A stretch of DNA of 64,000 bases. It comes from an uncultured Armatimonadetes bacterium. Lineage in GTDB: Bacteria; Armatimonadota; UBA5829; DTJY01. The DNA is taken from the NCBI GenBank assembly GCA_963717145.1, contig OY970325.1, positions 288,001 to 352,000 of the forward strand. The letters are read 5' to 3'. The translations under genes and the position numbers were made by a program. The notes under the pieces are model-generated. The model made no database searches, was not told the origin of the DNA, and worked only from the letters and a program-made list of their open reading frames with translations. Shown piece after piece: positions 1 to 8,860 of the stretch (positions within the stretch are counted from its first letter, which is position 1; each line of letters begins with the position of its first letter).

Positions 1-621
1 GTTGGCCTCGTACGCTCGGAGCACGGAGATCATGGAGACCATCTCCTGGACCGCATTAACATTCGAGGCTTCGAGGCGGCCCTGGTAGACTGAGTCCGGA
101 TCGGTGACGGGCACTCCCGGCGCTGATTCGATCCGCAGCTTATCTACAATGCTGTTGTCGATTATGACGCTGCCGTCTCGGCTCACCGTCCAGTTGGCGC
201 TTGTGATGGAGATCGGTCCGCTCTGACCGAGCACCGGGTAGGCGTCGGAGGTGATGAGTTGGCCGGTCGAGTCGAGCCCGAAGTCGCCACAGCGCGTCAG
301 GCGCTCTCCGGCCGGAGTCTGTACGACGAACGAGCCGCTTCCCTCGACCGCCAGGCTCGTCGGGGATCCGGTGTCCTGGATCATTCCCGGCTTGGTGTCC
401 TGCTGCACGACGAGCGTCGGCATGGCACAGGGCGCGTGAGGCGGCATTGGGGTCATTGGGTTGGGGACGGCCTGCTGGAACTGGGTCGCGATCGAGGCGA
501 AACTCACACTCGATCGCTTGAAGCCCGGTGTGCTGACATTCGCCAGGTTGTTCGCGATGACGTCCTGGCAGTCGACCTGGGCTTTCATTCCGGCTGCTGA
601 AACTTGTAGACCTTGGATCAC
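1..621 (-). CDS. Flagellar basal-body rod protein, FlgF/FlgG family (3' end runs off the window)
   Basis: Manual translation from GTG at 621 gives MIQGLQVSAAGMKAQVDCQDVIANNLANVSTPGFKR (Flg_bb_rod N-terminal motif) and ends ...QGRLEASNVNAVQEMVSMISVLRAYEAN (Flg_bbr_C motif). Not in the ORF track because it has no stop in the window. Confidence 0.93.
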   Translation of the reverse strand, partial: MIQGLQVSAAGMKAQVDCQDVIANNLANVSTPGFKRSSVSFASIATQFQQAVPNPMTPMPPHAPCAMPTLVVQQDTKPGMIQDTGSPTSLAVEGSGSFVVQTPAGERLTRCGDFGLDSTGQLITSDAYPVLGQSGPISITSANWTVSRDGSVIIDNSIVDKLRIESAPGVPVTDPDSVYQGRLEASNVNAVQEMVSMISVLRAYEAN

Positions 622-642
622 GTTGTTCACCTTCCGTCTCAT

Positions 643-670
643 GTCTCGACAGCCCGCCCCGGTAACTTTA
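643..670 (-). promoter_or_regulatory. Candidate sigma-28 (FliA/SigD) promoter for the rod gene
   Basis: Minus strand reads TAAAG-N15-GTCGAGAC, close to the TAAA-N15/16-GCCGATAA consensus, just upstream of a flagellar gene. Confidence 0.5.
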
Positions 671-726
671 GCGGTTTCTCTCTTCCACGTAAGGATTCTC
701 CGGGCACAGGCGATCGTAACACTCCA

Positions 727-825
727 GATGCTTCGGTAGCAGAGGCCTGGCGGCGCTGCCGAAGCATGGTATGATGACCGTGCGATGCTTCGGCAGCGCC
801 GCCAGGCCTCTGCTACCGAAGCATC
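727..825. repeat. Perfect ~41-bp inverted repeat of a self-palindromic element (GATGCTTCGGTAGC...GCTGCCGAAGCAT)
   Basis: Arms at 727-767 and 785-825 are reverse complements. Related copies lie at ~2080-2110 and ~5977-6017. Confidence 0.9.
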
Positions 826-886
826 GAGTGGAGGCACCGACAGCGACGAGCACCTCGCCACCGTCGGGCAAATGGGAATCTCAACC

Positions 887-915
887 TTGACACCCCATAC
901 CGCCGATGCTATACT
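887..915 (+). promoter_or_regulatory. Sigma-70 promoter of the hrcA operon
   Basis: TTGACA-17 bp-TATACT with an extended -10 TG. Confidence 0.8.
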
Positions 916-978
916 TCTGCCGGGGAACCGATCGGATGCACGGCGTCTTTGCCGACCGAATCCCCGGAGGTGCAATCG

Positions 979-2016
979 ATGGAGCTGGGTGAACGCAAAT
1001 GCAGGATTCTCGGAGCCGTTGTCCACGATTACATCGCCACCGCCGAGCCCGTCGGCTCTGAGTCTCTCGCTCAGAAGTACAACCTCGGGGTCAAGCCCGC
1101 CACTATCCGCAACGAAATGGCCGCCATGTCGGAGTTGGGGTATCTGCGTCAGCCCCACACCTCAGCAGGCCGTGTGCCTTCCGACCTCGGCTACCGGTAC
1201 TACGTCGACCGCCTGATGCCCGCGCCAAGGCTCGGCTCGCGTGAGAGCGATCGCGCTCGTCACGGCTTCGACAACTGCGAGACCGAGGTCGAGGAGCTGA
1301 TCCAGCAGACCTGCCGCATACTCTCATCCCTTACGCGGTACACCTCCATGGCTACCCCGCCGAAGACCGATGGCGTCAGCGTGAAGCACGTCATGGTCTC
1401 GATCGTGAGTCCGCACAAGCTGCTGGTGGTCACTCTGCTGAATACCGGCCACGTGGATCACCGCTTCGTCGAGTACGACGGATCATTGACGCCCGCCGAT
1501 GTGCCGGCGATGACTAACCTTGCCAACGAGCGTCTGCACGGCGCTGAGTCGAGCACTGTGTCCAAGCAGGGGCAGTCGCCTTTCCCGCGCGAGTTGACCC
1601 GCTTCAAGGGCGTGTACGATAAGATCGCGCAGACCGTCCGTCAGGCGCTGACCGCCGCCGAGGACGATGAGATATATATGGATGGCACGGGGAACATGCT
1701 GCGCCAGCCGGAGTTTCACAATGGAGACCGAATCGCCGATCTGCTCAACGCACTCGAACAGCGCAAGCTGCTCTACCAGGTGCTCAGCCAGGCGCTGCTC
1801 GGCCCGAATGTGACGGTCATCATCGGCAGCGAAAACCAGCTCGCGGATATGCGCGAGTGCAGCTTCGTCACCGCGCGGTACACCGTCGGGGACAGGGTAG
1901 TCGGGAGCATCGGAGTCATCGGCCCGACGCGCATGGACTACCGCCGCGCCGTCGGGGCCGTGAAGTTCATGGCATCGAACCTCAGCGAGATGCTCGTGCA
2001 TATCAGCATAGAGTAG
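979..2016 (+). CDS. hrcA: Heat-inducible transcription repressor HrcA
   Basis: YIATAEPVGS, ATIRNEM, QPHTSAGRVPSDLGYRYYVD and GVIGPTRMDY motifs. ATG 979 follows a GGAGGTG RBS. Confidence 0.97.
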   Translation: MELGERKCRILGAVVHDYIATAEPVGSESLAQKYNLGVKPATIRNEMAAMSELGYLRQPHTSAGRVPSDLGYRYYVDRLMPAPRLGSRESDRARHGFDNCETEVEELIQQTCRILSSLTRYTSMATPPKTDGVSVKHVMVSIVSPHKLLVVTLLNTGHVDHRFVEYDGSLTPADVPAMTNLANERLHGAESSTVSKQGQSPFPRELTRFKGVYDKIAQTVRQALTAAEDDEIYMDGTGNMLRQPEFHNGDRIADLLNALEQRKLLYQVLSQALLGPNVTVIIGSENQLADMRECSFVTARYTVGDRVVGSIGVIGPTRMDYRRAVGAVKFMASNLSEMLVHISIE

Positions 2017-2038
2017 CCTTTGGAGTGCGGAAGCGAAG

Positions 2039-2151
2039 CCTGTATCCGTAGGGGCGATCCTTCAACGGTCGCCCGATTCTTCGGCAGCGACACTGTCTTC
2101 TGCTACCGAACTATCGGGCGACCGTTGAAGGATCGCCCCTACGGATACAGG
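2039..2151. repeat. GTAG-type REP doublet (REPIN-like), 39-bp perfect arms
   Basis: CCGTAGGGGCGATCCTTCAACGGTCGCCC and its reverse complement. The spacer carries a copy of the 727-825 element. Confidence 0.9.
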
Positions 2152-2165
2152 ACTGGACAACCATC

Positions 2166-3716
2166 ATGAGTTCCAACGTCAAACAAGTCAGCAAGGGCGC
2201 GGATGTCGACGAGCGGCTCGCCGCGCTGCTCTCGAACGCGGGAGCGGTACGCGCGGTTGCCTCGTCGATCGAGGGCACGCTCGGTCCAAAGGGCCTCAAC
2301 TGCATGCTCGTCGATAAGTTCGGCGATGTCACCATCACGAACGACGGCAGTGCAATCCTGAGCAAGGTCGATGCCAACCATCCCGCCGCCCGCATGCTCA
2401 TCCGGATCGCCAGGGCACAGGACGAGGAGGTCGGCGACGGCACCACCACGGCCGCCGTGCTCGCCAGTGCGCTCCTCGCGGAGGGAGTCAGCCAAGTCGC
2501 GCGTGGAGTGCCGGTCACGAAGGTGATCGAGGGCATCTCGATCGGTATCCGCAAGGCGCTCGAGGTCGTCGAGTCGGCCGCGAGACCGATCTCCGGCTGG
2601 GACGACCCGCTTCTCTGGCAGGCGGCATATATCGCCGGTCGGGAGAGCAATGACATCGCGGACCTGGTCGTCCGAGCCGCGCAACTGGTCGGCGAGGAGA
2701 AGCTGAAGGATCCCGGATTCCGGCTTTCCGATTGTGTGGTCGCCCGTGAAGGAGCGCAGAACGAGGTCTTCACCGGTCTCATCATCGAGAAGGAGCGCAT
2801 GAACCGCCAGATGCCGCGCTCGATCGAAAATGTTCGGGTACTCGTCGTGGACGATGCGCTCGAGCCGGAACAGATCGAGGACGACGCGCTCGGCACGGAA
2901 TCGGGATTTGCGCGATACGTCCAGCTTCAGAACGAGTTTCGCGACGACCTGCGCAAGCTCATTGACCTCAACATCGGCATGGTGGTCGTCCACAAGGCGG
3001 TTGCCGATGCGGCGGAGGATGTCCTTACTGACGAGGGGGTGCTCGTCATCCGCCGAGCATCCTCGAAAGATATAGCCCGAATCGTCGAGCACACCGGAGC
3101 GCGGACCATCAAGCGCACGGGGCTCAAGAAGCCGTCCGAGGAGCTGGGAAAGTTTGTCGGAAAATGCGAGCGGGTATACGAGGATGAACGTCTCGAACAC
3201 ACCCGCATCATCGGTGGCGCAGGGAAACCTGCGGCGACGATACTGGTCGGCGCGGCCACCCGTGAGGTGAAAGAGGAGCGGGAGCGCATCGCCGAAGACG
3301 CGGCTGCGTCGGTGCAGGCCGTCGTCGTCGGCGGGATCGTCCCGGGCGGTGGCGCCATCGAGATCGCGGCCTCCAGGGAGGTCGCGGCGATGAGGGATGG
3401 CGTGAAGGGCATGACTTCCTACGGCGTGGACGCCGTCGCCGAAGCCCTGAAGCGCCCGCTCGGTCAGATCGTGACCAACGCCGGGTTCAACCCACTCGAG
3501 AAGGTCGAGGATGTGGTTGCCGCTCAAGCCGTGGACGGGAAGAACAGCCTGGCGGTGAACTGCGATACCGGCGAGATAGCCGATATGATGGAGATCGGTG
3601 TCGTCGATCCGGCAAAGGTCAAGCTCTATGCGCTCAAGGCCGCCGCCGAGATCGCGGAAGCGATCCTGCGAATCAACACGATCATCAAGTGCAGAGACGG
3701 GCAGTCTAACGAGTAA
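2166..3716 (+). CDS. TCP-1/Cpn60-family chaperonin, thermosome-like (bacterial group III type)
   Basis: TLGPKG, MLVDKFGDVTITNDG, AQDEEVGDGTTT, VPGGGAIE and GVVDPAKVK motifs, with a C-terminal ILRINTII typical of group II/III. No GroEL GGM tail and no groES nearby. Confidence 0.9.
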   Translation: MSSNVKQVSKGADVDERLAALLSNAGAVRAVASSIEGTLGPKGLNCMLVDKFGDVTITNDGSAILSKVDANHPAARMLIRIARAQDEEVGDGTTTAAVLASALLAEGVSQVARGVPVTKVIEGISIGIRKALEVVESAARPISGWDDPLLWQAAYIAGRESNDIADLVVRAAQLVGEEKLKDPGFRLSDCVVAREGAQNEVFTGLIIEKERMNRQMPRSIENVRVLVVDDALEPEQIEDDALGTESGFARYVQLQNEFRDDLRKLIDLNIGMVVVHKAVADAAEDVLTDEGVLVIRRASSKDIARIVEHTGARTIKRTGLKKPSEELGKFVGKCERVYEDERLEHTRIIGGAGKPAATILVGAATREVKEERERIAEDAAASVQAVVVGGIVPGGGAIEIAASREVAAMRDGVKGMTSYGVDAVAEALKRPLGQIVTNAGFNPLEKVEDVVAAQAVDGKNSLAVNCDTGEIADMMEIGVVDPAKVKLYALKAAAEIAEAILRINTIIKCRDGQSNE

Positions 3717-3834
3717 CAAGTAGTCCGTAGGGGCGATCCTTCTACGGTCGCCCGGTTGGGGTGATAGACTTGGAAGGATTGTCCCGACGAACCGGGCGAC
3801 CGTAGAAGGATCGCCCCTACGGACTACTTGTTAC
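3713..3834. repeat. GTAG-type REP doublet, 45-bp perfect arms
   Basis: Arms 3713-3757 and 3790-3834, same family as 2039-2151. Confidence 0.9.
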
Positions 3835-3845
3835 CTGAGGTCACC

Positions 3846-4502
3846 ATGGCAGAGAAGCGAAGATTCGACATAGACCCGGATGACATCCTTGGCGCTCCGA
3901 AGTCCGCTGCACAGAAGCAGCGCGACCGCGAGCTTATAGATACCGGTTCCGTCCCGTCGGACGCACTGCGCGAGTCGCCGGACGAAGGGGATGTCGTTGC
4001 CGAGTCGGACCCCGAGCGAGTCCTGCCGGGTGATATTCGCCTTCTGAGGGACCGGTGCGAAGAGGCCGAGAAACGCGCGGAAGAGGAGCACGACAACTTC
4101 CTGCGAACACTCGCCGAGTTCACCAATTTCCGGCGCCGGTCCCGTGAGGAACTCGATCAGGCGCGCAGGTTCGCCTCAGAGAACTTCATCATCCGCCTGC
4201 TGCCGATACTCGACAACTTCGACCGTGCGATCAAGGCCGCTGAGGAGATCGGCGACTTCAACGTCCTGCACGGCGGCGTCATCCTGATCCTGCGCCAGCT
4301 CCAGGACCTCCTCGAGAAGGAGGGCGTGCAGCCGATCGAGGCCGTCGGTCAGGAATTCGATCCGAATGTACACGAAGCCGTGATGCGTGAGGACACCGAC
4401 GACTATCCGGATAACGCCGTGATCGAAGAGTTCCAGAGGGGCTACACCATGGGCGACAGAGTGGTCCGTCCGAGCATGGTGAAAGTTGCCCGGAACTCCT
4501 AG
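3846..4502 (+). CDS. grpE: Nucleotide exchange factor GrpE
   Basis: LRTLAEFTNFRRR, LLPILDNFDRA, FDPNVHEAV and GYTMGDRVVRPSMVKV motifs. ATG 3846 follows GAGGT. Confidence 0.96.
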   Translation: MAEKRRFDIDPDDILGAPKSAAQKQRDRELIDTGSVPSDALRESPDEGDVVAESDPERVLPGDIRLLRDRCEEAEKRAEEEHDNFLRTLAEFTNFRRRSREELDQARRFASENFIIRLLPILDNFDRAIKAAEEIGDFNVLHGGVILILRQLQDLLEKEGVQPIEAVGQEFDPNVHEAVMREDTDDYPDNAVIEEFQRGYTMGDRVVRPSMVKVARNS

Positions 4503-4506
4503 CGGA

Positions 4507-4590
4507 ATGGTTGATGGCAGATCCATCCCCCATCCGCCTCCCCAATGAGCCATGAACCATCAACCATCAACCATCCAGCCATCCTGCCAT
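4507..4590. repeat. Degenerate 7-mer tandem repeat (AACCATC) with a short inverted arm
   Basis: atggttgatggcag ... gccatgaaccatcaaccatcaaccatccagccatcctgccat. Confidence 0.7.
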
Positions 4591-4711
4591 GTCACCCCCT
4601 GATTCTCCACTCACCAGACCGAACTGCGCCAGCCCGTGGTCACGGCATTTGACGCCTTGTACCACATGACTTCCAATACCTGCTTACTCTTCAGACTCAC
4701 ATATTGATGCC

Positions 4712-4740
4712 AGGTTTAACCCTTTCTCATGCCGGGGTAT
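4712..4740 (+). promoter_or_regulatory. Candidate SigB/SigF-type general stress promoter
   Basis: AGGTTTAA-N15-GGGTAT about 70 bp upstream of the 4810 start. Confidence 0.45.
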
Positions 4741-4809
4741 CAGTACGCGGAGCACGCAGATGCCAGAGAGCTTAGGAACGAAAGAGCATTGAAAGGAGAC
4801 AGAAAGGCA

Positions 4810-5910
4810 ATGAAAACCGCAATCGCAGCAGTGATCGTGCTGATGCTGGCCGGTGCAGCGTTGGCAGGAGTGAACAACGTCAGTCTGAGGTCGGATGCGG
4901 ATCCCGGATTCACCGGTACCGCCACGATCATCACCGGCCAGTTCGGCGGCGCGACACCGTATACGAGTCTAGAGGTGAATGCGCGTCTCAGTGGCATGCC
5001 TTCATCGGGCATGATCTGCGAGGCCTGGCTCGTGGACAAAGACAGCACCATGAAGCGGAGCCTCGGTGTGCTCGATGGGAGCATGCTCAGCGCGCGCACG
5101 AAGATGGCGAGCTTCAAGCCGGGATCGCCCTGGGACTCGATCGCCATTACGATGGAGCCCGCGGACGACACTGATCCCATGCCTGGCAAGATCATCGCAC
5201 AGGGTGATCTGCCCGGCAGAAACGTGATGAGCAGCGACTGGGCCGCAGTCGCAGTGCTGCCCGAGAACGAGATGTTCCAGCAGCAGTTGGCGATGCAGCG
5301 CTGGGATCTGACCAGCGATCAGTTCATGGCACTTCGCATGGACGGCCTGATGTACAGCGACATCAACCTGGTGTCGAACATCGCATCACGGTGCAATCGC
5401 ACTCCGACCCAGGTGGCTGCGGACTACATGATGTGGGGTGGCAACCTGAGCAGGCTTGCGGACACCTGCAACATGACCGTCGCGCAGCTCCTGATGCCGG
5501 TGCCGATGGTTGCTGTTGCCGGCTCGATCCAGGAGATGAGCCCCGAATCCACGACGATGATACCGGGCTACTATCTGAAGCGGCCGAATGGTCAGGTGGT
5601 CGTCAGCCGAGCCGACTGGATGCGCCATCAGAGCGCCGGGTACACCTGGCGCGAGGTCGCCATGGCTGCGAACATCGCGAAGCGGACCGGCATAAGCGTT
5701 GGGGACATCCTGCGGATCAACAAGGTGCAGGGAAAGGGCTTCAGCCAGATCGCGCTGGATCACGGTCTGAGGCCCAGTGCAGTGATGGATGTCAGCCGCT
5801 GGCCGTGGGAGCGCGGCGGAGGCATGGAGACGATGGTGCCAGTCAAGCCTGAGCCGATGCCCTCCGAGATGACGCCTGAAACGACCTACGAGGAGATCGA
5901 TAGCTACTAG
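4810..5910 (+). CDS. Secreted Met-rich hypothetical protein with an RskA(anti-sigma K)-like beta domain and two helical repeats
   Basis: Signal peptide MKTAIAAVIVLMLAGAALA. The EAWLVD...IAITMEPADDTDPMPG segment resembles the RskA C-terminal domain. Two internal repeats: GxxxxxxxxxxNIAxR... Confidence 0.7.
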   Translation: MKTAIAAVIVLMLAGAALAGVNNVSLRSDADPGFTGTATIITGQFGGATPYTSLEVNARLSGMPSSGMICEAWLVDKDSTMKRSLGVLDGSMLSARTKMASFKPGSPWDSIAITMEPADDTDPMPGKIIAQGDLPGRNVMSSDWAAVAVLPENEMFQQQLAMQRWDLTSDQFMALRMDGLMYSDINLVSNIASRCNRTPTQVAADYMMWGGNLSRLADTCNMTVAQLLMPVPMVAVAGSIQEMSPESTTMIPGYYLKRPNGQVVVSRADWMRHQSAGYTWREVAMAANIAKRTGISVGDILRINKVQGKGFSQIALDHGLRPSAVMDVSRWPWERGGGMETMVPVKPEPMPSEMTPETTYEEIDSY

Positions 5911-5957
5911 CACCGACCTCGATCGCATCCGCCCAGGCGGATGCAGGTAGAGTCAAT

Positions 5958-6035
5958 GAAGGGAGCGGGCCTCCCCGATGCATCGGTAGCAGAGCAGAGC
6001 GGCGCTGCCGATGCATCGGGGAGGCCCGCTCCTTC
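5958..6035. terminator. Long GC-rich hairpin between convergent genes, built around the 727-825 repeat unit
   Basis: gaagggagcgggcctccccgatgcatcgg ... ccgatgcatcggggaggcccgctccttc. Confidence 0.65.
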
Positions 6036-6784
6036 TATTCGTCATCCGGGACAGGCGCACCGAACGTGCGAATGATGCTGTCCATCAGGCCGATGCTCTG
6101 CAGGCGGAGGACCTCCGTCACCCGCGTTATCACCCAGGCGGTGAGCACGGCCATCCCCGCCAGGTTCATCCGCGCGATGTCGGCGGCCGGCGCCAGCGTT
6201 CGACCGATCAACCATGCGATCCAGACGACGAGCAGTATGATCGCGCCGCACAAGAGGTACGTCCACACCGGCGTCCGGAGTTCGTAGTCCAACCGCGCAT
6301 GCTTCTCACCGTCGGGCTCGACACGAAGGATCGCGTGCTCGAAGAGCATCTGGTGCTGCTTGGCCGGGAGCGCTGCATCATCGAGCGCATTCAGCGGCCA
6401 GTCGGCATAAGAGTGCGCGCGGATCTCCACGGTGTCGTGCGTGAGCCAATCGATTTCGATCCCGGTCTCGAACACCTGCTTGCCGGTCAGCGGGGCCAGC
6501 GCCATGACGCTGCCGGTTCGTCCTCGGGCCTCGATCATCGCGGCGGCTTCAGCGTAGGACATCTCGGGCAGGCTGTCGATCATCTCCTTCACGTGCGCAA
6601 CCGGTTTGTCGAGCACGAAGCTCCGAGCGGCCCACGATCTCAGTCCGAAGCGCCTTCGCCCTTGGAACGGCCGGTCGCTCGCCGGCTCGCGCTCGACCCA
6701 TGCGTGCCACCTCCGATACAGGAGGAAGATCGGTATGCCGACCGCGACCAGGATGATGATGTCGATCAGGATCATGAGGAACAT
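6035..6784 (-). CDS. Hypothetical membrane protein (3 predicted TM segments)
   Basis: 249-aa ORF with a hydrophobic N-terminus and two C-terminal hydrophobic helices. AAGGGG RBS. Confidence 0.7.
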   Translation of the reverse strand: MFLMILIDIIILVAVGIPIFLLYRRWHAWVEREPASDRPFQGRRRFGLRSWAARSFVLDKPVAHVKEMIDSLPEMSYAEAAAMIEARGRTGSVMALAPLTGKQVFETGIEIDWLTHDTVEIRAHSYADWPLNALDDAALPAKQHQMLFEHAILRVEPDGEKHARLDYELRTPVWTYLLCGAIILLVVWIAWLIGRTLAPAADIARMNLAGMAVLTAWVITRVTEVLRLQSIGLMDSIIRTFGAPVPDDE

Positions 6785-6810
6785 GGTTGCCCCTTAGGAG
6801 TAAGTAAGTC

Positions 6811-6896
6811 GCCGACCGATGTAGGGAACGGCCGCCGTCCCGTTCCGCGCCGCGGCAAACGGAACGGGACGGCGGTCGTTCCCTACATCGGTCGGC
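6811..6896. repeat. GTAG-type REP doublet (second sequence family)
   Basis: gccgaccgatGTAGggaacggccgccgtcccgttccg and a near-perfect reverse complement. Confidence 0.85.
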
Positions 6897-6929
6897 TTCC
6901 GCACTCCACGAGCATTATACCAGATCGCG

Positions 6930-6958
6930 TTGACCCAGCGTTCGGTGGCGACTATAAT
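6930..6958 (+). promoter_or_regulatory. Sigma-70 promoter
   Basis: TTGACC-17 bp-TATAAT. Confidence 0.7.
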
Positions 6959-7006
6959 GGGCGTGTTCGAGTCATCACCTGCGAGGATGCCGAGTTGGAG
7001 AACGTA

Positions 7007-7507
7007 TTGAGCGAGACAACGGAAGAACCAGTCCTGCTGAGCTGGGAGATGCCGGCAGAGGAACGAACGTTCTCCCGCAAGCTTGCTCAGCGAATCAGCG
7101 TTGTATTCTTTGCCATCATCTTTGTCGTCGCTCTGATTGGGAGTCTGATGGAAGACATGACCTGGAAGGTCCACGTGACGGTTTGGCTGGTTGTGGCCAC
7201 TATTGCCATCCCTCTGATTCCCTGGCTCATCCGGCTTGTCCTCCAATCCAGTTCGGTCGTGTCGCTTGATTGTACAAGCTCTGGGATACTAGTGACGATG
7301 CCTGATTGGGAAAAGCGTCACGTGGCTTGGCACGAGATAAAGGTATTGGCCAAGTATGGAAAGGGCTTCACAATGTTACGATACGGCCGCTTGGCTCGAC
7401 AGCGCCTGTACCTGCCCATTCCCTCCGATGTGCGTGACAAGCTGATCGCCATCCTGCGGGAGACGAGCAACGCGCGGATCGTCGGCTTCGGGACGGAGGA
7501 AAGCTGA
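7007..7507 (+). CDS. Hypothetical membrane protein (2 TM plus a small PH-like cytoplasmic domain)
   Basis: 3' part of the 6011..7507 ORF. TTG start after GGAG and downstream of a consensus promoter. Start is uncertain. Confidence 0.6.
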   Translation: MSETTEEPVLLSWEMPAEERTFSRKLAQRISVVFFAIIFVVALIGSLMEDMTWKVHVTVWLVVATIAIPLIPWLIRLVLQSSSVVSLDCTSSGILVTMPDWEKRHVAWHEIKVLAKYGKGFTMLRYGRLARQRLYLPIPSDVRDKLIAILRETSNARIVGFGTEES

Positions 7508-7508
7508 C

Positions 7509-8597
7509 ATGTTCGACCCCGCCAAGTATCACGATCGCATAGAGGAATCGCGCGAGCGGGTCGAGATATCCGCCTCGTGGCAGGAGCCCGACCGCGTGCC
7601 GATCCGCATCAGTACCGCCGGGAGCTTCTACTCCAAGCTCTTCGGATACAATATCCGCGACTACTACACCGACCCCGAGGTTTGCCTGGAGGTCCAACTG
7701 AAGGGCCTCGAGTGGGCGTTCGAGGAGCTTCAGGACGACCGGACCGGATACGGCGTGCACCTCGACTTCGGGCCGATCGGGGAGGGGATCTACTTCGACC
7801 TCCCGACCGAGTACCCCGATGACACCTCGCCCTGGACCGTGAGGATGCTTCAGACGCCCGCTGATATCGAGGCGTTCGAGATACCCGATCCCGCCGAGAG
7901 CAGGGGACTGAGGGAAGCTTACTGCCGCGTCGAGGAGTTCAAGAACCTGGTTCGGAAGCAGGGCATCGATCTCCCCGCCGGCGGAGGGGTCGGGATTCAT
8001 CCGCCGCTGAGTTGTGCGTGCGCGCTCGCCGAGCCGGAGTTGATCTACACACTGATGGCCGAGGAGCCGGAGCTGATCCACCGGTTCTTTGCGAAGCTCC
8101 TCGATGCGTTCTGCCGGCTCACTGACTGGCGCGATGGCATCACCGGGCGCAAGACCGAGTCGATCGGCCTCGCGGACGACCATTCGGCGTTCGTGTCCAA
8201 TGCGATGTACCGCGAGATGGTCTTCCCGTACAACATGGCGATCTACGAGCGATATGGGAAGAGGGGACGCCACCTGCACGCCGATGGCCCGAACGACCAC
8301 CATTTCGAGATGTACGCGAACGACATGAAGCTGACGACCATGGATATCGGCGGCTTCAGCGACATAGCCAACGCCAAGCCCGCGCTTCACGGCAAGACGA
8401 GGTTCTCCGGCGGGTTGAACTGCCGGGACCTGTACTATGATTTGGAGACCGCCAAGCCGGTGATCGACCGGGCGCTTCGAATCGGAGCGCCCGGCGGCGG
8501 GTTCACGCTGGCGGTCGGCGGCGAGACGTATGTCGGGGTGAACCCCGACACGCTCATTCGCGCCGTCGCATATGCGAAGGAAGCGGGGAAGTATTGA
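7509..8597 (+). CDS. Uroporphyrinogen decarboxylase (URO-D)/MtaA-CmuA superfamily protein
   Basis: EPDRVP N-terminus, ADD...VSNAMYREMVFPY, HLHADG and GAPGGGFTLA C-terminal signature. Confidence 0.8.
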   Translation: MFDPAKYHDRIEESRERVEISASWQEPDRVPIRISTAGSFYSKLFGYNIRDYYTDPEVCLEVQLKGLEWAFEELQDDRTGYGVHLDFGPIGEGIYFDLPTEYPDDTSPWTVRMLQTPADIEAFEIPDPAESRGLREAYCRVEEFKNLVRKQGIDLPAGGGVGIHPPLSCACALAEPELIYTLMAEEPELIHRFFAKLLDAFCRLTDWRDGITGRKTESIGLADDHSAFVSNAMYREMVFPYNMAIYERYGKRGRHLHADGPNDHHFEMYANDMKLTTMDIGGFSDIANAKPALHGKTRFSGGLNCRDLYYDLETAKPVIDRALRIGAPGGGFTLAVGGETYVGVNPDTLIRAVAYAKEAGKY

Positions 8598-8668
8598 GAC
8601 TCTAGACCTTAGACTTTGGACAGCGGGCCGCTGACGTCTGGTGTCCAGAGTCTAGGGTCTAATGTCTC
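8596..8668. repeat. Inverted 7-mer tandem-repeat hairpin (AGACYYT / ARRGTCT)
   Basis: agactct agacctt agacttt ggac ... gtcc agagtct agggtct aatgtct. Confidence 0.8.
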
Positions 8669-8761
8669 GTTGCACGGATTGTATACCGCCACGAATGCCC
8701 TTAGCGTCTAATGTATGTCCTTGGCGCTCCTGGCGTCTTGGCGGTTCAGTCCGCCGCAGGG

Positions 8762-8843
8762 CCGTAGGGGCGATCCTTCCACGGTCGCCCGTGCGTGCTG
8801 ACATGACCGCCCGCCGGGAGGCCGTTGAAGGCCTCCCCTACGG
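8762..8843. repeat. GTAG-type REP doublet (degenerate right arm)
   Basis: ccgtaggggcgatccttccacggtcgccc ... gggaggccgttgaaggcctcccctacgg. Confidence 0.85.
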
Positions 8844-8860
8844 ATTGAGGAGAGCAACCA

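Noticed and set aside
860-2165. CIRCE operator near hrcA or the chaperonin
   Set aside because: No TTAGCACTC-N9-GAGTGCTAA or close variant was found by eye.
2166-3716. Calling the chaperonin groEL
   Set aside because: Motifs and C-terminus are thermosome/group III-like, there is no GGM tail, and there is no groES.
6011-7006. 5' two-thirds of the 498-aa ORF 6011..7507
   Set aside because: It is the antisense shadow of the 6035..6784 gene and runs through a REP doublet and a promoter. Only the part from ~7007 looks coding.
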